From a virus, in IMG/VR virus record IMGVR_UViG_3300028874_000010, positions 1 through 64,000 of that record: a DNA stretch of 64,000 nt; one strand, given 5' to 3'. The first letter of the stretch is position 1, and the number at the start of each line of letters is the position of its first letter. Made by a program: the position numbers and the translations under genes. The notes under the pieces were generated by a model. That model was not told the origin of the DNA, did not search any database, and was given only the letters and a program-made list of their open reading frames with translations. This document shows positions 58,240 through 64,000 of the stretch, one piece after another.

Positions 58240-58648
58240 TTTCTAGAGGAATTGGTGTTGTTGTGGTTTTACGTTTAACTAGGTGGCCATGAACTGTTGC
58301 ACCTGGTTCGATCTTGAGAATATCATATGTGATAGTACAGCCTTCACTGAGTTCAGCATTACCAGAAATACAAACCGATTTAGCTGAAATGTTTCCATTC
58401 ACTGTCCCACTGATTATCACGTTATCAGCTTCGATGTTGCCGGTCACACCACCCGGAAATTCAATGTCGACTGTAGTCGGTGAATTTTTATCGATATCTT
58501 TACCGGTAATATCACCAATAACGGATCCAGAAATTTTCAATGAACCAGAAAAATCGATTGGGCCAAATACACTGGTCTTAGTTGCAATCAACGAATCGAA
58601 ATGGTTGATTGTAGAAACCAATTTAACTTTCTTGTCAAAAATGCCCAT
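58223..58648 (-). CDS. bactofilin (polymer-forming cytoskeletal) protein
   Basis: beta-helix repeats GxIxAxxVxIxGxVxGxI; start reassigned to MGIFD. Confidence 0.85.
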   Translation of the reverse strand: MGIFDKKVKLVSTINHFDSLIATKTSVFGPIDFSGSLKISGSVIGDITGKDIDKNSPTTVDIEFPGGVTGNIEADNVIISGTVNGNISAKSVCISGNAELSEGCTITYDILKIEPGATVHGHLVKRKTTTTPIPLENGKPK

Positions 58649-58807
58649 GATGAAATCCTGAATGATTTGAGTGGATAAATAAACAGATTGAATCATACCA
58701 AACAAACCGATTTTTGTAAACAAACATTGTGGTATAATTTACTCCATGCGTGAAGTAGCAGAATCGCACTCACTCAAAAATAAAAATAATAAAGAAGAGG
58801 AAATAAA

Positions 58808-59392
58808 ATGGAACGCCCATTTTCAAAAGTATTAGCACTAGATCCGGGCGGAACTCCAAAAGACTGGATCTCATACAGACAAGCAATTCTTTATGCTGTC
58901 ACTGATTCAATTTCTTGGGTACCCCCAACAGCACAAAAAGTCACGGTTTATGGTGGAACAAATTCCAAAACCGGAGAACTCTCATCAGTTGAAATCGCCT
59001 CAATGGTTGCGATCCATGGTCCTATGGCGGCCAAAATTGCTAATGGAGGGTATCGAACACCACGAGTCTCCAATAAAGCATTGTTTGCTAGAGACTTTCA
59101 TAGATGTGCATATTGTGGAGAATATTTTGATATCGAATATTTAACCAAAGATCATATTCTTCCTAAGAAATTGAAAGGTAAAAACACTTGGCTAAATTTA
59201 ATCACCTCGTGTAAACCATGTAACGGAAGGAAAGCTGATAGAACACCAGAAAAAGCAGGGATGAAACTAAAGTATCAACCCTATGTTCCATCAAGGATCG
59301 AATATCTTTGTTTTGCTAATAGAAAAATTTCAGATGACCAACTAGATTATATAGAAGCATTCACTACAAAAAGTGCTAAACGGAAAGCTTAA
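58808..59392 (+). CDS. HNH endonuclease (McrA-like HNH family)
   Basis: RD.HRCAYCG, TKDHILP, WLNLITSCKPCNGRK. Confidence 0.88.
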   Translation: MERPFSKVLALDPGGTPKDWISYRQAILYAVTDSISWVPPTAQKVTVYGGTNSKTGELSSVEIASMVAIHGPMAAKIANGGYRTPRVSNKALFARDFHRCAYCGEYFDIEYLTKDHILPKKLKGKNTWLNLITSCKPCNGRKADRTPEKAGMKLKYQPYVPSRIEYLCFANRKISDDQLDYIEAFTTKSAKRKA

Positions 59393-59393
59393 T

Positions 59394-59428
59394 AAAAAAA
59401 AGGAGACTCATTGCGAGTCTCCTTTTTT
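59394..59428. terminator. bidirectional terminator
   Basis: AAAAAAGGAGACTC-attgc-GAGTCTCCTTTTTT between convergent genes. Confidence 0.85.
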
Positions 59429-60527
59429 ATAGTGCATTAATTCTGGCATTAAAGATTAAATCTTTAATTTTTGTTTTATCTTCTGTTGATAACGCAATCT
59501 CGGCAACATCGACATTCAAAATCTTATCAATATCACTATAAATTAATTCATGCGGCATCAGCCCAACTCCTTTAACATGTTCGCCGATATATCGACAAGC
59601 AGTTAGAACAACTTTGAATCTTTCAGGTCTCCTGAATAAATCAACTCTATTAAACAATTGGACCCGTTCTCTCTTACTTAATATTTGATATTTAGCAAGA
59701 GCCCCGCATTCGTTATTTACCAATGTAGAGACTTGTTCACAATCAACTGAGATAGTCCAACGTTTGTAATCTTCTTTATTTTTAAATCCATTTGCTATGA
59801 TAGCAAATCGAACTTCAAGCGGAGCATTATTCTGAGCTGCTTCATTTAATGAGTGTAGCCCACTGTCACGAAGCCACTGACCTGTTGTACGAGTTCCGCC
59901 CCCAAACCATTCATTTAAATGATGATTAGCGCCAACATACGACAGTATTACAAACATCGCTGAAGGTCTTGCTTCCATCAGACCTTTCTTAAATTCCATC
60001 CAAACTCGTTCCGGGGTTAATGACTTGAATTCGCCAGAATCTACTATTTGACGCATAAGTTCTATAGTATCTTCGTGGATAGTGAACTCGGTATATCTTG
60101 CAGCAAATCTGGCGATTCTGAGAACCCGAACCGGATCTTCAGCAAAGGCTTCTGATGTGTGTCGAAGAATTTTATTCTTTAAATCTTCTTGGCCACCATA
60201 CGGGTCAATGACGTTATTGTTTTCATCCATCGCCATCGAGTTGATTGTTAAGTCGCGCCGAAAAAGATCTTGCGCTAATGTAACAGTCGGATCAAAGTCA
60301 ACTTTAAACCCGTTGTACCCAGGAGAAACCTTACGTTCATTTCTGGCTAATGCATATTCTTCACCAGTGATTGGATGGAGGAAGACCGGAAAGTCTGCAC
60401 CAACTTGCTGGAAATTAAGTTCCAACATGGCTTCAGTTGTGGCGCCAGTTACCACATAATCTCGATCTCTGGATTCTATTCCGAGCAGCCGATCCCTAAC
60501 TGCGCCACCAACTAAATATGTTTTCAT
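59427..60527 (-). CDS. cca: CCA-adding tRNA nucleotidyltransferase
   Basis: [31 protein letters not shown]. Confidence 0.95.
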   Translation of the reverse strand: MKTYLVGGAVRDRLLGIESRDRDYVVTGATTEAMLELNFQQVGADFPVFLHPITGEEYALARNERKVSPGYNGFKVDFDPTVTLAQDLFRRDLTINSMAMDENNNVIDPYGGQEDLKNKILRHTSEAFAEDPVRVLRIARFAARYTEFTIHEDTIELMRQIVDSGEFKSLTPERVWMEFKKGLMEARPSAMFVILSYVGANHHLNEWFGGGTRTTGQWLRDSGLHSLNEAAQNNAPLEVRFAIIANGFKNKEDYKRWTISVDCEQVSTLVNNECGALAKYQILSKRERVQLFNRVDLFRRPERFKVVLTACRYIGEHVKGVGLMPHELIYSDIDKILNVDVAEIALSTEDKTKIKDLIFNARINAL

Positions 60528-60537
60528 TATATCCCCT

Positions 60538-60720
60538 TTAATTTATTAATTCTTTAAATCCTGTAATTGGACCCCAAATACCGACCATTCGGTGATTAAA
60601 GCTAATGGCAGTTTCAAACCCTTTATCTTTTGAATATTGGATGGCTAGATCAATGGTATCGAATTCTTGATCGGCCCAATACCGCATGTTAGTATAATAC
60701 ACTCGGTATTTGTTAGACAT
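60538..60720 (-). CDS. small hypothetical protein
   Basis: ORF with upstream promoter-like TATAAT. Confidence 0.55.
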   Translation of the reverse strand: MSNKYRVYYTNMRYWADQEFDTIDLAIQYSKDKGFETAISFNHRMVGIWGPITGFKELIN

Positions 60721-60790
60721 GATTTTATCCTAGTTCGTTGCCATTGACCCTATTATACTATAACTTTTTAGAAATATGAAATACTATATT

Positions 60791-61282
60791 TCAAGAATAA
60801 TAAAGAACTTGGCCACGCACCATCTCAATTTGATCGCCATCTGGCAAGATCAAAAGCAAAGAATTTTTTCGGATGATTGGTTTGATCTGTGTTGGAATAA
60901 ACTTTGATGTACAAACATGGCTATTCCATTCAACACATGGATAGAATAAAGTTTGGATTCCGCGAGGGAGAGTATGACTGTCGATGATAGTATCGATAGA
61001 AATTTCTTTAACTTGACTGGCTAAAAGCTGGAAAGCTTTTTCTGATTCTGGATCAACCAAGTTAAAGAATTTACCTTTGTCTCGGATGAAACAAAAAGCT
61101 TGATACGCAGCAAGAATGCTGGTCTTAGTAATGCGGAAGGTGTGGGTCATGATATTAGTCAATGCTAATTCAATTGGGCCTTCATAGAGTGTAAACCCTT
61201 GGCCAGGTTCTCCGATCTCCATATTCTTTACTTCGCAATGGAGATGTCCACCGATTTCCTTTACGCATGACAATTCTAGCAT
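60791..61282 (-). CDS. hypothetical protein
   Basis: AAGGT SD. Confidence 0.6.
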   Translation of the reverse strand: MLELSCVKEIGGHLHCEVKNMEIGEPGQGFTLYEGPIELALTNIMTHTFRITKTSILAAYQAFCFIRDKGKFFNLVDPESEKAFQLLASQVKEISIDTIIDSHTLPRGIQTLFYPCVEWNSHVCTSKFIPTQIKPIIRKNSLLLILPDGDQIEMVRGQVLYYS

Positions 61283-61361
61283 ATGGCACCTTTCAAGTTG
61301 TTACAACGTTGAAAATCCCATCTGCACTTATCCTATCTCAAAAATGGCAATAAAGAAACAA

Positions 61362-62219
61362 TTATTTTGTGGTCTTTATTAATGAAACCAATTCAGCCAT
61401 TACTTGTTTAAATTCTGGACCAACAAACTGTGGTGCTGCATTAATCTCCATAACATACCACTTACCAGTTTTGCTGTGCTGGATCAAATCAACACCAGTA
61501 ATCCCAAACCCCATAGCCTTACAAGCTTTGTTAGCTAATGATTCAGCCTCTTTAGATAGGTCAATAAATTCTTGAGATCCACCGAGCGAAACATTATTTC
61601 TAAATTCGCTCTTACTTGCAGTAATACGTTTAATTGAATAGATCAATTTATCTTTTAAGTAAAAAGTTCTGAAGTCACCATCATTAGGAATAAATTCCTG
61701 AAAGATAAAAGATTCATCTTTATTCTTGTTTAAGAAAGCAGATAAACTATCTTTGGTATCATGTTTGACGATCCCTTTACCTTGAGACCCATTTACAATC
61801 TTTGAAACAATCGGAAGATTCAAAGCTTTAATAAGTTCGGAACAAGAAACTTTTCCTGCATGACCAATGATTGTTTTTATTTGTGAGACCCCTTCCATTT
61901 TCATGATAACACTCTGAACTAATTTATTTTCTAGTTCATGAGGAGTTCCATATGAAAGAAATCCAATCTTGTATTTGTTAATGTATTTTATGACGCATGA
62001 ATACATATCAGTATTATCATGAATTGCACCTGCCATGATAAATTTGAATTTGGATATAGGAATATTTTTAGCAAAGACTTCACCATCTTCAATAACTAAC
62101 TCATTCCATGAAACAAAATATGGCCTATCAAGTTCTTTTTCTAGGAAAGCTTGTTTGCCTTCAGCTGCAAATCCTATGAATAGATATTTGAGACTGATTT
62201 CTTCTAAGAACATTGACAT
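61362..62219 (-). CDS. RimK-like ATP-grasp ligase
   Basis: GSQGKG, FQEFI, DFR, RNNVSLGG, GVDLI, EINAAP; start reassigned to downstream of the tRNA. Confidence 0.88.
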   Translation of the reverse strand: MSMFLEEISLKYLFIGFAAEGKQAFLEKELDRPYFVSWNELVIEDGEVFAKNIPISKFKFIMAGAIHDNTDMYSCVIKYINKYKIGFLSYGTPHELENKLVQSVIMKMEGVSQIKTIIGHAGKVSCSELIKALNLPIVSKIVNGSQGKGIVKHDTKDSLSAFLNKNKDESFIFQEFIPNDGDFRTFYLKDKLIYSIKRITASKSEFRNNVSLGGSQEFIDLSKEAESLANKACKAMGFGITGVDLIQHSKTGKWYVMEINAAPQFVGPEFKQVMAELVSLIKTTK

Positions 62220-62237
62220 TGTATTTTCTTTTAGATT

Positions 62238-62332
62238 TGGAGGAAGAAACGGGATTCGAACCCGTGGACCTAGGGTTTGCCTAGATCTATAGCTTTCCAA
62301 GCTATCGCAATCGGCCGCTCTGCCACTCTTCC
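62238..62332 (-). tRNA. tRNA-Ser(GGA)
   Basis: GGAAGAG/TTCTTCC acceptor, ATAGC-TTGGAAA-GCTAT anticodon arm, long variable arm, GGTTCGAATCC, encoded CCA. Confidence 0.92.
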
Positions 62333-62344
62333 ATTTGTTATTTA

Positions 62345-62515
62345 TTAATCTAAAAACCTTTTATAAAATGATTCGAATAATTTATCAAGGTCGAGTTCAA
62401 CTCTTTGATATTCATCAGGTTTACCTTTCAAGGATTTCCGTCTAACCCGAATTGCTTCATATTCAACTAGCATCTTTTTATAGAATGTTTCATCGAAGAA
62501 ATCTCTATTCTTCAT
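62345..62515 (-). CDS. small hypothetical protein (56 aa)
   Basis: Hand translation MKNRDFFDETFYKK...KRFLD; ATGA coupling. Confidence 0.5.
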   Translation of the reverse strand: MKNRDFFDETFYKKMLVEYEAIRVRRKSLKGKPDEYQRVELDLDKLFESFYKRFLD

Positions 62516-62907
62516 TCCATTCTTCCAATAGTAATATGAAAATTTTTATTAGTAGGCAAACCTAGTTCCTGCCTAATTTCTTTTAATCTTTTACTTTCTA
62601 CTGGCAATACCCAAAACTTCCAATGCTGTTCAATCTCATTGTTATATTCAAAATGTATTCTTTCGTGTTGATGCTTATTCCATAAAGCCATTTGTTCTTT
62701 AGATAATGGCGTTTTACCATCGAACACCGTTATATGCGGAAGCCATGCAGTATTTTGTAGCTTTAAATGAAGTTGTTTATCGACCCACCAACGATAATAT
62801 TTCGCAATATTGGGATCAACATCTGCAACGATCAATGAACCAGGACGAATCTTGCGGAGACCAGGACGATATGGATCGTACAGCACCTTAGCTGTAGATT
62901 TAAACAT
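62512..62907 (-). CDS. 2H phosphoesterase
   Basis: Two HxT motifs: PHITV and FHITIG. Confidence 0.8.
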   Translation of the reverse strand: MFKSTAKVLYDPYRPGLRKIRPGSLIVADVDPNIAKYYRWWVDKQLHLKLQNTAWLPHITVFDGKTPLSKEQMALWNKHQHERIHFEYNNEIEQHWKFWVLPVESKRLKEIRQELGLPTNKNFHITIGRME

Positions 62908-62981
62908 AATATTTTTATTTTTTGTATACTTTACAAATATGGATACAGAGAATTCTCTATATCCATATTATACTTTAGATA

Positions 62982-63272
62982 TTACGCGAGTTGCGTATAA
63001 GTGTTAGTAATTCCAGCAGCATTCCGACGTGCTGTTTCGTTAGCTAAAGCTGTTGCATATGTAATACCGAGTGCATCAATTGTAGGCTGAACTGAATCAT
63101 CATAAGTCAATGTTCGTGTACGAGTCAATCCATCAGCTGAAACTGTTGTCACTGCCGACATGCCTGGGATATTAGTAAATGCTGTTCCGTATGCACCCAG
63201 ACCAACACCATCAACGAAATTAAGACCAACTGAAGGCAAAACTGTAACCATTTGGTATGAAACTGTAGTCAT
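62982..63272 (-). CDS. hypothetical Thr/Ala-rich protein
   Basis: AAGGA SD; composition like a structural protein. Confidence 0.6.
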   Translation of the reverse strand: MTTVSYQMVTVLPSVGLNFVDGVGLGAYGTAFTNIPGMSAVTTVSADGLTRTRTLTYDDSVQPTIDALGITYATALANETARRNAAGITNTYTQLA

Positions 63273-63300
63273 GATAAAAATCCTTTATTGTTTTGTTTAT

Positions 63301-63924
63301 TTATAATTCTGTAAATGCTTCATGTGTTTCATATTCTACACAATCTTGTAAACCTAATTTATTGAACGCCCACCATCTTTCTCTACATGCGAAACATAGA
63401 CCACAGTGACTATCTATTTTTTCTGTGCATGTATGAGTTAGTTTAAGCAAATCAAATAATTGTTCTTGGTAATATAGATCAACTATATTTGTCTTTAAAG
63501 AAGTACCAAATGGCATATGCATATTTTTCCATTCAGTCTTGATATATCGATAAGGCTTTTGACCTTCCGGGATTTTATCGGCCCATTCTGGATTCATTGT
63601 TGTTCCAGTATAGAAGTAATCGACTTCATCCAAAGCTTTGGTAAATATTGGAGACAATACACCATTTGGATTCTTTGGATTATTAATTAATCTAACTTCA
63701 CATATAACATTCAATTCATCCAAGATCCTATTGACATATTCATAACTGTTTCCTAAATCAACCGTATACACTACAACTTTTTTATGATCGATTTCTTTAA
63801 GTAGATAATATGCAAGTAATGTACTATCCATTCCTCCGCTCATTGCAATTCCGATCTTGTTATATTTGATCGGAATATGGATATGAAGAATTTTGTCTAA
63901 CAGATGTAAATCAAGAGTTGTCAT
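63301..63924 (-). CDS. QueC-like PP-loop ATPase
   Basis: SGGMDS; HTC...HCGLCFACRER. Confidence 0.75.
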   Translation of the reverse strand: MTTLDLHLLDKILHIHIPIKYNKIGIAMSGGMDSTLLAYYLLKEIDHKKVVVYTVDLGNSYEYVNRILDELNVICEVRLINNPKNPNGVLSPIFTKALDEVDYFYTGTTMNPEWADKIPEGQKPYRYIKTEWKNMHMPFGTSLKTNIVDLYYQEQLFDLLKLTHTCTEKIDSHCGLCFACRERWWAFNKLGLQDCVEYETHEAFTEL

Positions 63925-64000
63925 TTGAATAGTAATCCTCTTTTCAATAAATCAAATGGTTGAATTCCAAAGAATTCATTTTTACTAAATTCTTCTCCAA

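Noticed and set aside
62220-62300. N-terminal extension of the RimK-like ORF
   Set aside because: Overlaps tRNA-Ser; real start is 62219
63301-63924. 7-deazaguanine DNA modification pathway
   Set aside because: Only a divergent QueC-like gene; no folE/queD/queE/dpdA in this window (sequence beyond the edge is unseen)
1-64000. CRISPR array, IS/transposase or stop-codon recoding
   Set aside because: No regularly spaced repeats or transposase seen; long genes are intact under the standard code

Overview
AT-rich, gene-dense, almost entirely minus-strand segment of a large T4-like (jumbo) bacteriophage genome, probably infecting a proteobacterium. It has T4-type early promoters (GTTTAC-N17/18-TATAAT) and late promoters (TATAAATA/GATAAATA). 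Contents: a circularly permuted two-piece tmRNA gene near ClpP and a GIY-YIG endonuclease; tRNA-Ser; RNA end-repair enzymes (RNA ligase 1, two CCA-type nucleotidyltransferases, a 2H phosphoesterase); type II topoisomerase genes, with the gp39-like gene fractured by an unusual split intein and a free-standing endonuclease; two candidate novel structured ncRNAs, each directly 3' of a protein gene (5912-6130 and 23290-23700); a putative arabinosyl-(hydroxy/hydroxymethyl)cytosine DNA-modification cluster containing a degenerate DUF262 protein; an NAD+/NADP+ salvage module; a prkA-yeaH-spoVR cluster; and many accessory genes. All calls come from manual motif reading and base-pair inspection. No searches or folding programs were run.
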